Source of the DNA: Camelus dromedarius
Taxonomy: Eukaryota
Assembly (NCBI RefSeq): GCF_036321535.1
Contig: NC_087436.1
Location: forward strand, 123,196,001-123,260,000
Reading direction: 5' to 3'
Length of the DNA stretch: 64,000 bases
Shown here: positions 34,315 to 47,290 of the stretch, one piece after another
Layout: every line of letters begins with the position of its first letter
How positions within the stretch are numbered: position 1 is the stretch's first letter
Notes under the pieces: model-generated
What the model saw: only the letters and a program-made list of their open reading frames with translations
What the model was told of the DNA's origin: nothing
Databases searched by the model: none
Program-made: the position numbers and the translations under genes

Positions 34315-35600
34315 CAGTGGGGCAAACTGTCATGCCCTGTGGTCACTGGGCTCCTCACCACCAGGTTCCTGCAGCACGTGCTGCATGAGCAGGGCAACCC
34401 TGCGGGAGGTGGGAGTGCACACGGTGCTGCCCCCACACCTGAGGTTGTCTCCAGAAAAAGCCCCGTCCCCGAATGCACCTGTACCTGAAAGAATGACAAA
34501 CTGGTTATTCGAGTTTGGGTCTGTGGCAGACATTATCTTCAAAATGAACAAAGTGAGACTGTCAGTCCCAGGAAAAAAAAGAACACTCAGAACTTACTGT
34601 CAATCATAAAATTTGAGTTTTCACATGTAAGTTAAAGTCTTAGAAAACTTGCATTTGCCACTGTGAGCTTCCAATATTCTCAGACTTTTCTGATGAGACT
34701 GTTGACGACGTAACAAGTGAATTCTGGTTCTGAACAGTGGACAGTGTCAACACTGGAGGAGCTACATAACTCAGAGAATCGTCACTTTCCAAATGATAAC
34801 ACAGATGTTACAGGACCACACCTGGGAAAAAGATCCACTCAGAGTGCAGACAGATCAATGGATTGAACGCCACAGAGCACAGAAGATCACTGATACGGTT
34901 TCAGATTCTACAGTAGGACTAATCTTTTCTTTTGTAAAATAACTTTTATTCTGAAAAGTTTAAATCTCACAAGATGTTGCAAAAATATTACAGCTCCATA
35001 TACCATGCACCCAGCTTCCCCTAGTGATAGTATTGCCACAGCACTTGTCAAAACTGGCGAAAGAGGCTGGTGCCAGTCTGGTAGCAGGCGTGGACCCGGC
35101 AGGTCTCATCTGTTCACAAGCACTTGTTTCTTTCTTTGCCAGCTAACTTGGAAGAAACCATCACCTGTTGAATTTTAGTGCAGTGTCAAAAAAAAAGAAC
35201 ATCCACAATGATCAGAAAAGGACATTAAAGCAACTGCGTATCTGTGACTACTTTAACCACACCCACGCATCACAACGGACTGAATGCAGAATCCAACAGT
35301 CTTCAGTTAAGCCAGACATCAGATTTGCAAAAATGTAAAACAATGCCACCCTCCCAGCTACATACTTTTGTTTTGGAAAATATAAGGTTTTTTTCCCTTA
35401 AAAATGTTATATTAACACGCAATGGGTTTATATCTTTATTTTCAAATGAATGTATATTTCAAATGAATATGTATTTTATATGTACATAGAATTAGTTTTA
35501 ATTTTAAATGCCATCAATGCTGACAGAAGTAATCACATAAACCGAAGCTCCTGGGGACCCCAGTGGCTTCCAGGGTATTAAAAGGCTCCCCGAGCTCTGC
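34315..35600 (+). mobile_element. hAT-Charlie (Charlie1-like) DNA transposon relic, with a probable antisense L1 piece at about 34925-35130
   Basis: gaaagaatgacaaactggttattc...gcagacatt...aaaatgaacaaagtgag...gaaaacttgcatttgccactgtgagct...gacttttctgatgaga resembles decayed Charlie1 transposase sequence. Confidence 0.65.
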
Positions 35601-35940
35601 GAGGTGAACCTTGGCAGAAGGACATCCTCCTGCCAACAGAGCCCCCGGGCTCTCTGAAGTTCACACGCACCATGACAAACCTGGAAATGTCTTCTTCTAT
35701 TTAAACACATATATTTGGGTCATATCATAACCTACCCTGAGAAAATTAAAAGTTTAGAAGTTTCTGGAGTGATTGTCAGCAGGGGAATATAACTCGTATC
35801 CAAACTAAGTGACTTTTTATTAAACCACTTACTATTTAATCTAAATTCAAGTACAGTCATCACAGAAATTGAAACTATTCATCAACATGGTAGAATTTAC
35901 ATCTTTTTTTTAGAATGATCTTGCATTTAAATAAGATTTT

Positions 35941-35946
35941 TTTATT
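35941..35946 (-). terminator. PIGG: Candidate PIGG poly(A) signal
   Basis: AATAAA on the minus strand about 70 nt after the stop, with a second at 35816-35821. Confidence 0.55.
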
Positions 35947-36015
35947 ATGCCAATCCATGAAATAAACAGTAGACTTTAAAATTAAATTATTTTTCCAGTG
36001 CCTCAGTAGTGTAGT

Positions 36016-36229
36016 CTAAGACTTTGTGTTGGTCCGGTCCATGGCTGTGAAGAACACACAGACAGCAGCTGTGACGAGCAGGTGCATTCCCTCATAGAGA
36101 AGTTTTGGAGAAAACACACTCCATATAAATAAATGGTAACGCAGAGATGTCACCAAAATGATATATGCGGAAACTGGAAAAGAACAAACCAATGCGTAGC
36201 AGAAGCAAGCATGACTCAGTGCTGAACTG
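36016..36229 (-). CDS. PIGG: PIGG exon 13 (last coding exon)
   Basis: SSALSHACFCYALVCSFPVSAYIILVTSLRYHLFIWSVFSPKLLYEGMHLL...MDRTNTKS*. Acceptor aacag|cag. TAG at 36018-36016. Confidence 0.93.
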
Positions 36230-37297
36230 CTGTTAACAAAAAGGGAAATATGTATTAGTATACATACGCCACCTCCTTACTGTGTAAGGCATGGACACAT
36301 ATGTAACCACATTTCTATACTGAAAATGGCTGTGGCAGTTCCTGCTCCTGGGAACACGCCCCTCCCCCGCCACTTGAAGTCTGGGTCTGGTCAGTCTGGT
36401 GGCCACTGAGGTGCTAAGGAGTCAGAGCTGCACATGGGCAGCTCCAGTTACTCTCCAGGGCCACCACAATCTGTAAAATATTGTCGAAAATGCACCCCCA
36501 AATTTTACATAGTTATTTATTTAAGAACTATACACACAGTATAAAATATAAACAAAGAAAAGAAAGCCACACAAGGATGAGATGCACATGCTGCCCAGCG
36601 GGCGCCTCGTCTGCCTGGCCTGGTCTGGGGACACTGGCTCCAGGGTGTGTGCTACGCAAACAGGGAGGCAGAGCCTTCCTGAAATGGAAGCAACCCCTCA
36701 GAGTGCACAAACATACTGCCTTTGCTTTCAAGCCACCAACAAACCATGACATAAATCTAACCTACTCTTTAAGGCAACTTCCTGAGATGGTGACTATTTC
36801 AAGACAGCAAGTTCCAGGCACCCTTCACTCTTATCCACCCCACAGACCCTCGGAGGTCACGCTCCCAGATTCTGGTTAAGCCCAGTTCCAGTTCTGCCAC
36901 CCTGCCCCCCCCACCCCCGCAGTGAGCCCATGGGTGGCATCTCTGTGGTCACAGGACTGCTGCGGCTCTCCTGTGCCCAGAGGACCCGCAGCCCCAAATG
37001 GCCTGCCCTACCCCTGGGCTCTCTCACTGCCCTCACCCTCAGCGGGAACATGCTCTGCTTATTTGCATGGGCAGTCTCCACTGGCTGTGGTCACTCCCAC
37101 CTGCAGCCCCTCCTCCGGGATGGCGCATAACTGGCCCACACACTGTGGACTGTTCATTCTTATTTAAGGAAAAGGAAAGTGATGACAAAGACCTTTGAGC
37201 CCTTGGGTTTCAGACATCCTGTCTCTGGAACAGGAGTGGCTCTTCAAACTGTCCACTTGCCACCAGAGTTTGCGTTAAAGACAAAGGAGAGTTTCAC

Positions 37298-37461
37298 CTG
37301 TTGGTTTCTGAGCTCAGGAAGTTCACCAAGTGGCTGGCCCACAGCACGGGCCCCGCGTACGTCGCAAATGCTGTCAAGAACACCGCTGGGATCTCCATGT
37401 AGGTGTCCAGGCCCACAAAGCCTGCCGAGATGTCCACGGTGGTGATGCTGTTTGAGTTTCC
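37298..37461 (-). CDS. PIGG: PIGG exon 12
   Basis: GNSNSITTVDISAGFVGLDTYMEIPAVFLTAFATYAGPVLWASHLVNFLSSE. gcag|gga ... aacag|gtgaaa. Confidence 0.95.
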
Positions 37462-39799
37462 CTGCACATGGAAGAAACACGGCTGACCCAGCTAGTGTCA
37501 TGACATGGCCACTAGCGACCGTGAGAGCCACAATCATGGTGACGTGGACACACAGGAGCCCCAGCTGCCCATCCACTCTTGGTCTGGGGTTGACCCTGGA
37601 TGAGCTGCCCCTCCACCGGCCTGCCTTACTCCCAAGTGTGGAGGAGCAAGTGAAATGTCCCTTACCTTTGAGAAACTATATAAATGTGTGTGCAGACAAC
37701 AACTATGGAAAATTTCAAACTTTCCCCAGCTCATCTAACTTAGACAGACACCCTGACCTCCCTCCTCAGGGACACTGTCTGAAGGCTGCACATGGCCCTG
37801 GGGGCTGAGGGTGGCGTTGCCACACGGCTCATTCGAGGGTGGGCGCTGCTGCTGGGTGGCGGAGGGCAGGCTGGCTGCTTGGTGTCTGGCTTATGTGTCA
37901 GACTCAAGATCCTGGCGGTCACTGCCCAGGCCCGGCCAGGAACAGGATAGTTCGTCCTGCACAGGAAGGGTGGGGGTTTGAATCCAAGGGCGGGGTCCAC
38001 TTCCAGTCTTTGATACTGGTGTCCTGTCCTCAGACATGACATTTACAAATCTGACAGCACAAATGTCTGTCCCGGCCCAGCGAAGGCCCTCCCGACCTGG
38101 AACTCTTTATCTGATGGCCCAGGACATGAGTCCAGACCCCACCACCTCCTCCTTCGGCTGCATGTCACTTGGTGGTCACTGATGCAGGGGCCCCGACGCA
38201 CACGGAACAGGTGCTCAGACCCCCAGTCTCCTCCCTCTCTGCCTCTTCGGCGCCCTGTCCACACTGGTTCCTTTGTCTTCTTCCTGCTCCCAGCTGGTGC
38301 TCTGGGACCCCCGGGCATGCTCTGCATTTCCCCACGTCTGCGATGCCTGGGACCTTCGAACTTTCTTCTGATAGCTAAGAAAAAGCCGTGTTCTCAGTGG
38401 TAAAACACGTGAGGCACACAAAGAATGGCACTTGTGGTCCCGGCGCTCTGGTTGTCAGAGGGGCTGCCTTCCTGTGAGGGGCAGCTTGGACCCCAGGGAG
38501 GCGGGCCACCCTCCAGGTTTGCGCGGACCCCAACCCTGACTTCTCGGCAGGGTCCTGATCAAGGCCGGCTGGCGCTGAGAGCTTATGCGCACGGGCTACC
38601 TCCTGCTTCTCATGCTGGGTCATCTAACCCTCACAGCCCCTGAGGAGAAGGTGAACTACTTATGAGCTTATGACCCAATTTTACAGACGAGGAAACTGAG
38701 GCACGGCAAATGCCTGCAAGAGGCCTCCTATCTCAGAGGTGCTGAGCACCAGGGTCAGGACAACCTGCCTGCAGCTCTGCTGGGAACTGCCACCCTGGAT
38801 GCTGCAGGAGCGCACGTCTGGAGAGAGGAGCACGTGGGCTGTCAGGGGAGAGCTACAGCTGCAGTGAAAGGGAAGGAAAGTGGGGTCTGAGGCTCAGGGG
38901 CAGGTCAGATCCCTCCTGCACTTACGGACTTCTAGAACTTCACCCCCGCCCACTCTTGGGCTTTAGGAAACAGAAGGAAAAGCCACGCACCTGAGGTGAG
39001 TGTCAGGAAACCAGGGGAGGAGGAGATGAGGAAAAGGCCCTGGGCCAAGCTGGAGACACACTGAACCAGGTAAGCCTCAGGGGTCTCAGTGGAGGAGAAG
39101 GGAGGAGCCAGTGACACAAAGGAAAGACAGATCTTCATTGTAGAGATGGGAAGACACAGACGCTCAGGAGGTTTGCAAAGTTCCTTGGCCAGAGAGCTCA
39201 TGTGTCCACCCTCATGAGTGCCCCTTGACCAGGGTGGTGATGCAGGAAGACTTGGATGGAACTGCGTCCCTCCGAGGCCAGGAGCTGGACACTCTGTCCA
39301 GCTTCCCAGGCGCCATTCCAAGTACACAGGTGCATACTGAGGTCTACCCTGGAGGTACCTTGAACTTGCCTCTGATGGACCCTCAATACTCAAGAGAAGA
39401 AGTGACAACCACAGGGCCCTGGGGGATTAATGACCAAATGGGGAGACCCAACAGTGCCCAGTGCTGACAGGCAGGGGTGGAGGACGAGAGCACAGTTATC
39501 ATCCACCTCCGATAAATCATGGAAACATGACGTGCATCCCTGACTGCCCGTGTAATCAGACCCAGCACAGCAACTACATGTCGTCACCAAGGACGTCTGC
39601 CTTAAATGAGTAAATGTACTTTTTCTTATGAAATATATGCGAGGTTTAAGCATAATATACCACGTCACACTGACAGCTCCTTCACTAGACAGACGTTGTA
39701 ACTTCCCAGCTTACGGTAAAATTTTCTCAAAGAAAACTAAAGACAAGGGACATAAAGAGTTATTGTTGTTTTCTACCTGCAGTGATCACGAACACCTAC

Positions 39800-40109
39800 C
39801 TGAAAATAGAAGAATGCCTGACCAAACCAATAATGCATCACGGTGATCTCAGCTGCGTCGTGCCTCAGGGGCCTCCAGATGAATGTGGTCAGGATGGCCT
39901 GGACCAGGAGGCTCAGCACTAGGACGGGGAGGTTGTGTGGTCGGAAGAGCAGCGCTGCCAGAAGCACCAAGCCGCTGTACACCTCCCAGAGGCCCAGGGT
40001 CCTGGCTGCAGAGTCCGTGGTGATGACTTGAGATTTAAGCAAGTCTTTGGTGCCCGTGAACAGAATGCCAAGGACAAAGACATAAACAAAACGAGCTTCA
40101 GTAATGCCC
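39800..40109 (-). CDS. PIGG: PIGG exon 11
   Basis: GITEARFVYVFVLGILFTGTKDLLKSQ...HYWFGQAFFYFQ. ttag|ggg ... cag|gtaggt. Confidence 0.95.
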
Positions 40110-40629
40110 CTAAAAAAGCAAAACAGTTAGATTCACTAGCACCAACTAGAAAAATTCAAACCCACAATTTCCCTTGAAACCATGTGTCTACTGAACTGAC
40201 TATACAAGCCTCAGCACCTGCCCTCCAGGGACTCTTTGGCCGTAGGGGTGTCTGCCTCTGCACATCAGCTCCCCCAAGACCCCTGCTGGGGGCTGACAGG
40301 CCTGCCTTCTCCGAGCGGCTGGCCCTCTCTGTGCGCACTTCTCTGACAGAGCTGGCTTACGGGAAATCTTGCTCATTTGGCCCAAGGATCACCTGGGTAC
40401 AAGACCGGAGACAAAAACCCTGTCCACCTGCTTCACACAGTTAATTTGAAAAACTGTTGCAGCAGGATAGGGTCCAGCTCTGTGAGGAACTTCCATAAAT
40501 GCCAAGATACAACCAAGCATGTTCACAACCAAGCAGACTGAAGTTAAGTACTCGCATGTGTATACGGATACACACATACAGAGGTGCAGTCCAAACTGTG
40601 GGGTCTGGAGGAAGGCAGGGCCAGGGTGG

Positions 40630-40810
40630 TCTGGGCTCTGCCCCTTGCTGACTCTGTTGCTGGGGGTGAGTTAATTACAACTTCTGATGCTCAGCTTTGT
40701 TACTCATAAAATGAAGAGAAATGGTACCTACACCTCACAAGGCTATCCTGGGAATTAAACAAGAGAACAAATGTAAAGTGTCTGGCACAGAGTAAATGTG
40801 AAATGTTAGT
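40630..40810 (+). mobile_element. MIR SINE relic
   Basis: ctcagctttgttactcataaaatgaag...acctcacaaggct...tgtaaagtgtctggcacagagtaaatg. Confidence 0.55.
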
Positions 40811-41553
40811 ATGAATTAAGTATGTTAGCACTTCATTTACACCCATCTGTAGAGGATACAATTTATGACCCATACCAAAGAATTTTGTCTTATGAAACAC
40901 ATACATTCCTAAAACATGTTTAAATAAATTTCATAACTCAAACATTCTATACATACTAGAAAAGCTGATCATTTAAAGTAATACAAAAAAAGTAATACTA
41001 ACTAAATAAAATTTTAAATGAAATAAGCACCCTAATAATGTATCTGTATCAAAAACTGAATTTTCCTGTATCAGATTTTCTTAGGAAACGGTTTATGCAT
41101 TTTTAAAAAATTCCTTTTTCAATATGGTCAGTTTAATGTAAACAGTGGGACACACTCTCTCATGTGCCTGGCAGTGTGGGAACACCAGAGACTGACATGA
41201 TGTGCTGAGTGCTAAGGACGGCCCACAGGGGTTACAGAAGGAGGAGCCAGCAAAGGTCCAAGCAATGGGAGAAGTTCCAAAGAGGAAGGAGGCTGGGCTT
41301 TCTATGGAGGAAGGGCCAGGGTGGGGTGGATGGAGAGCAGGAGAGCGTGCGTCCCCCTCGCCTTCAGCAGGCCCACCTCCTGGCCCAGCCAGCTGGCTGT
41401 GCCTGCACATGGAGAGCTGCCAATCGGGGCCTCCCCTCAAGCCAGGCTCGGGCTTCAGGGTGGAGAAGAAGCTCAAGAGTTAAGCGTAAAGGGCTCTAGA
41501 GCACACATGGACAGCAGCAGCTGGGGCTGCCAGGAGAGAAGCAGCTTTCAGGC

Positions 41554-41621
41554 GATCTAGAACCAGGGAAGATCCAGAACCAGGGAGGATCTAGAAACAG
41601 AATGGTTCTAGAATTGGAATG
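41554..41621 (+). repeat. Degenerate 17-bp tandem repeat, 4 copies
   Basis: gatctagaaccagggaa / gatccagaaccagggag / gatctagaaacagaatg / gttctagaattggaatg. Confidence 0.75.
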
Positions 41622-42159
41622 GACTTGGATCCAGGCTCAACCTAGAATGGAAGTATCTCACAAGAGGGTGAGAACAAGCAGTGCAGGTTAGGGAAGCGGG
41701 GCACTGCCTACGTTCTGGACACCAATGAGGTACAAGCCGTTGTATCCACGAAAGGTAAGTGAGAGACACTGAAATTAGGTGTGTCTACCTGAGAGAAAAG
41801 AGGAATTTACTCATATACCACACTCTGAGATTTAAACAAACACCCCATATTGAACCCCCTCACACTGACATCTAGCCTTGACATCTGTCCAGAGCCTCAG
41901 ACTCTGAAGTGAACAGCCTTCAAGATGTCTCCCCACCACACTCTCCCTACCTGACCTCCCTGCCTCAGGTGAAGTCCTGCCACTCTGCTGTCACCTCAGC
42001 CAGGCTCTCAGTATCACCCTGACTCCCTACACCAGTTGACACGTCCTGTTTCCAGGTGAGGCCCTTGTGCCCCTCGGCCACCCATATGACTTGATCATAG
42101 CCCTCAGAACTCACTCTGACCCTTCCACAGATGACACCTGCTTTTCTTTCTCTCTAGAA

Positions 42160-43690
42160 AAGCAATACCAAACATTCAGAGAAGAGTTAACACCTATCCT
42201 TCTGAAACTATTCCAGAAAATTGCACAGGAAGGAATGCTTCCAAACTCATTGTACAAGGCTACTATCACCCTCATACCAAAACTAGACAAAGATATCACA
42301 CAAAAAATTATAGGCTACACCAGAAATTGACACAACAGTGTAAACTGAGTATACTTCAATACAAAACAATTTTTTTAAATAATAAAATAAAAAACAAAGA
42401 AAAAATGTATAGGCCAATATCACTGATGAACATTGATGCAAAACCTACAATAAAATATTAGCAAACCAAATTCAGCGATACATTAAGAGGATCATACACT
42501 GTGATGAAGTGGGATTTATCCCAGGAAAGCAAGGATGGTTCAATATCCACAAATCAAAGTGATACGCCACGTTAACAAACTGAAAAATGAAAATCACATG
42601 ATCATCTCAGTAGACCCAGAAAATGCACTTGACAAAATTCAACATTCATTTATGATAAAAACTCTCCAGAAAGTGGGCACAGAGGAAACATACCTCAACG
42701 TAATAAAGGCCACATATGGTAATCCCACAGCTAATATCACACACAATGGTGAAAAGATGAAAGCATTCCCCTAAGATCAGAAACAAAACAAGGATGCCCA
42801 CTGTCACCACTTTTATTCAACATAGTATTGTAAGTTCGAGTCACAACAAACAGATAAGAAAAAAAAAGGGGGGGGGGGTGGAAACCAAATTAGAAAGGAA
42901 GAAGTAAAACTGTCAGTGTTTGCAGATTCCATAATACCATACGTAGAGAATCTTAAAGACACCGCCATAAAACTACTAGAGCTCATCAATGAATTCAGTA
43001 AAGTTACAGGATACAAAATTAATATACAGAAATTGGCTGCATTTCTATACACTAACAACAAACTAGCATAAAGAGAAATGAAGAAAACAATCCCACTGAC
43101 AAGTACCTCCAAACGAACAAAATACCTAGGAATAAGTGTAACCAAGGAGGTGAAAGGCCTGTACTAGGAAACGATGCCACAATGGAAGAAACTGGAGACA
43201 ACACACACAGATGGAAAGACACACCCTCTTCATGAATCGGAAGAATCAATATTGTTAAAATGACCACACTACCCAAGGCAATCTACAGACTTACTGCAAT
43301 CCCTATCAAATTACCAATGGCATTTTTCAAGGAACTAGAACAAACAATCTCAAAATTTGTAGGGAAACACAAAAGACCCCAATTAGCTAAAACAATCAAA
43401 GAAAGAGGAACAAAGCTGGAGGAATCACACTCCCTGACTTTAAACCATAAGACAAAGCTGCAGTAATCAAAACACACACACACACCCCTTCATGGAACAG
43501 AATGAAGAGTTCAGATGAACCCACACTTACATGGTCAGTTAAACTACAACAAAGGAACAACAAATAAAATGGGGAGAAACAGCCTATTCAATAAATGGTG
43601 TTGGGAAAACTGGACAGCTACATGCAGAAGAATCAAACCACGCACAGAAATAAATTCAAAAAGGACTAAAGACTTAAATGTAACCTGAAA
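42160..43690 (+). mobile_element. LINE-1 ORF2 (reverse transcriptase region) fragment, antisense to PIGG, in intron 10
   Basis: Broken ORFs YQTFREELTPILLKLFQKI..LPNSLYKATITLIPK, NHMIISVDPENALDKIQHSFMIKTL and [25 protein letters not shown] are L1 ORF2p motifs. Confidence 0.93.
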
Positions 43691-44387
43691 CCACCACCGT
43701 CGGCCACTTACGTGTTTTTTGTTATGCGCAACTGTAAATAGCGCTTCAGAGAACACGCCTGTATCCCCATGTCTGGCCTCTCCTCTAGTTGTATTTTTGA
43801 CATAAATTCTATAAAAGCATACCTGAGTCAGAGGGTTGGAGAAACTCAAGGTTCTTAACATATTTGATGAACAGCCCTCCAGAACGGCCTCTGCTTGCAC
43901 CAACCCACATCACCATTAAAAACAGAGAAGCGGCCACTTAGGCAGAAAGTGCAAAAAGTGGTATTCCTGATTCAGTCAGCACGAGCCGCCCCCTGCCTAC
44001 AGGACTCACCATAAACCCTGGGAAAGCTGTTTTCCGGCATGCTTCACCCTCAACAGCTAGGAGGCATCCGGTCCTTATTATCCTCATTACTTGCTACTTC
44101 TTGATGGAGCAAAACTGAATCCTTTAAATTCTTTATATTTTAAAGAATTCCTTATTTAAAACATAAACCTCAGTGACCTTACTCCTAAGTTATTTCTCTG
44201 TCTTCTACCAAAAAAAGGCGGCTAACAGAATTGGTTCACTGAGGTGTTGTCAGATAGTAACTGCTGACAAGATCACAATTCACGCAAACTAAACTCTAGT
44301 GCTCTCAAGACTGCAACGGCAGTTTTTAGTACATAAAACGCTAGACCAGATCTAAAGACAAATGCTCACATCTGCCAGTACACTTAC

Positions 44388-44579
44388 TTTGAAATGTCTT
44401 TGTTGTCTTGTTGCCATGGGAACAGTACATTTCCAATGGCTGCCCGGTAGCAGTAGACGCCCAGCAGGCCAAACGCCATGGCCACTTTTGATGCAGGGGA
44501 GCACCTCCTCTGAACCAACACAAAAATCATGATGAGGGAAAGTGCAGCCAGAACAGAGAGCTCAGCTTTATGATCAGAG
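44388..44579 (-). CDS. PIGG: PIGG exon 10
   Basis: SDHKAELSVLAALSLIMIFVLVQRRCSPASKVAMAFGLLGVYCYRAAIG...DISK. tcag|ctc ... caaa|gtaagt. Confidence 0.95.
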
Positions 44580-46832
44580 CTGAAAAGAAATGGAGAATGC
44601 CCCAAATTACTAACGACTATGGCTAGTGATGTTACGGATCTACACCAAGTGCCTTCTAAGAACTGTGCTAAAAAGAGCTGATCTTCCTAAAAAGTGAAAA
44701 AGGAACCTGTTGGTTATTTAAATTCAAACAAGTTCTTCCAATGGAACAAATAAAGGGCTATTCCCCTGCACTTCCACTGCTTGCTCTCAAGTGTCAGCCA
44801 TCATCAGCTCTGCACCGGCCAGCGTGGTGACATCTTTAAAACTGTGTCCGCTGTCTCTCCGGTGCCCTCTCTGGGGCAGCCCCACTTTCCCCAAAGACAG
44901 GTGAAGAGGCTCTGGGCAGCTCACCCTGCTCATGGGAGACACACACACCCTGCTGCCAACCTCTTCCAGTCACTCGTAACGCAGATGGTCTCACATAAGT
45001 GTTATGCCCCCTCCCAGGCGGGAGACTTTGGGGGGGCAGTGGGGCACACAGCTGTCCAGGGCAGGCCAGTCCCCTCTCTCTACCTAGCCTTGCCCACCAC
45101 CCCTGCTACCTCGGGGGCGCCTCACTGTGGAGGCATGGTCTTTTCTGTTTTATTCACTGCAGCCCTACTCACAAAGCCCAAACACTCAACAGTCTGCCAA
45201 GGGGTACACACTGATAGGAAAAACTGTGTGGGAAGACGCAGAGGAAAGGTGTAGCCAGTGTCAGGACATGAGTCCTGAGGATGGCAGATGAGGATGGGGG
45301 CCACACTGGGGCCTGGCACTGCTGGGTCCACTTCTTGTTGCTCTGTAAACTGTACACTTTATGCAAATCCCAGATTGCTAACTGTCACAAATGACAACAG
45401 AGAAGGCGACTTTGGGGATCTCACGGAGGCTCTGCTGTGGAGAACACTGCAGCCTCTTCACAAACTGGTGGGAAGGGCTGGGGTCCAGTGTGCTGGAAGG
45501 GGATCCAGACCGAGATGCGGACCTGGAGAGGGGGCAAGGCTTGTGGGGGCACCACTGCATGCACCTTAGTGCATCTAGGGATGGAAATCAGCAGATCCTC
45601 CTGTGGTGTGTCAGTTTCCCAGGAGAATAAGAAGTGTGGTCCCTGTGCCGCCTCAGCGCTCTCACCCTCACATGCTCTGGCCATGACACCCAGCAAGGCC
45701 TCTCACTCTTGGTGATGCCCTAACTCCCCTCTGCCTCCTCACCCTAAGTAGGGATGGGCCATCATCCTCTCTTCAGGGCTGCTGTGAAAAGGAAATGAGC
45801 GGGCACACAGCAGGCGCCCAAAAATGCTACCTGTGGTCACTGTGGTTGCCAAGGGTTTGCTAATACAGTTAATACTGGGGAGAAATTCACCACAGGAATT
45901 ATTTAGCCAGAGGAAAAATAATTTTACAGCCTTTGAGGTACAATTCCAGGTATCTTCCAAAAAGGCTGTGCCAGCGTGTGGTCCTAGGACCCTCCAGTGC
46001 TCACCGAGACTTTATCCCTTCCTTTGGTTTCTGTACCTCATTAGTTATGAAATTGCGTGCTGTTATTTAGTTGAAGTTCCCTAATTTCTAGCAGAACTGA
46101 GCATTTTCCTTCTCTTTCCTTTGGCACTTCCTTCTCTAGGAATGTGTGTTATTCTCCTGAGCCCCCTTCCTGTTGGTAATTTTTACAGAAGTTCTTCACA
46201 GCAACCAGACAGTGACCTTCGTTTGTCTCTCTCGGAAACACTTTTTCATTTTGCTGTTCTCCCCTTACTTGGGCTTTCTAAGCCTTCGCTGACTGTTAAA
46301 ATGCGTGAGTTAGCCAAAGTCTCGGTCTTTTCTGCCCTAGTTTCCTCTCATTGCTTTACTCCTCTCTATCTGCTGTGCTTTCTACTGGGCTTTCCAGCCG
46401 TTCGAGAGGCTTTGCAGGGCTGAAGGCTCACCCACTGGCTCCAACCAACATAGCTGCCCTTTCCGGGGCTGGGGAGAGAAAAGGGGGGTGGACACACGTG
46501 CCTTGCCAGCCTGTCACCCCAGACTTGCACCATTTGGGACAAGGCAGTGGGGACAAACTACACCCTTGCTGCAATTACCATTTCAAACTTTCAGGTTTTC
46601 AAACATGAACAGTTACAGTGATTTTAGCACTAAAAAAAACCAAACATGTTAGGGCAGCCTCAAATAAATTCACCTTTCAACATGAATTCATGGTCATTTT
46701 TCTATTTCTTCAGGTCCCAAATACCATGCCTATCCTGAATATAAAAACTAGGCCTACAATTTGAAAAAGGAGACACTGTATATGGCCAGTCGGCTATGGA
46801 AGGTCTGGCCCGAGGCCATGCTCTGCTCTCAC

Positions 46833-47290
46833 CTGGTGAGCCAGTGCCCCAGGTCAGGCCGGTGGGCCCACTGCACACCCGTCTGGTTCAGAGACCGCAG
46901 CAGCCGGCAGCAGGTAAGTACCAGCCACGGGCTTGCCAGCACCATCCACCTCTCACAGCCTCTGGGCACCTCCACAGAAGAGGGGCCCTTGGACACCGCG
47001 TCGAGCTCTAGCACGTTGCAGCCAGCTCTCTTGGCCTGCAGGGCTGGCGTGGCCCCTTCAGGTTCCTCTTCTGCGTGTAAGCAGTGCTGAGGCCCACAGT
47101 CGTCCCCCAGAAAGCAGCTCCTGTAGACTTCATGACACAGGGCTAGACACAGGGTGTTAATAAGGAAGTACCAGGTCTGGTGCTCCTCTTCGACGAAGCT
47201 GCTCGCACCCAGACTCAAGACGTGGCCCACAGTCCCTAACAAGATAAGAAGGTCTAACTCCGACCACCGTGAGATGGGATGAGCTGGAGT
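46833..47290 (-). CDS. PIGG: PIGG exon 9
   Basis: TPAHPISRWSELDLLILLGTVGHVLSLGASSFVEEEHQTWYF...LNQTGVQWAHRPDLGHWLT. gcag|act ... ccag|gtgag. Confidence 0.95.

Noticed and set aside
41554..41621. CRISPR-like array
   Set aside because: The units are contiguous with no unique spacers, the context is a eukaryotic intron, and there are no cas genes.
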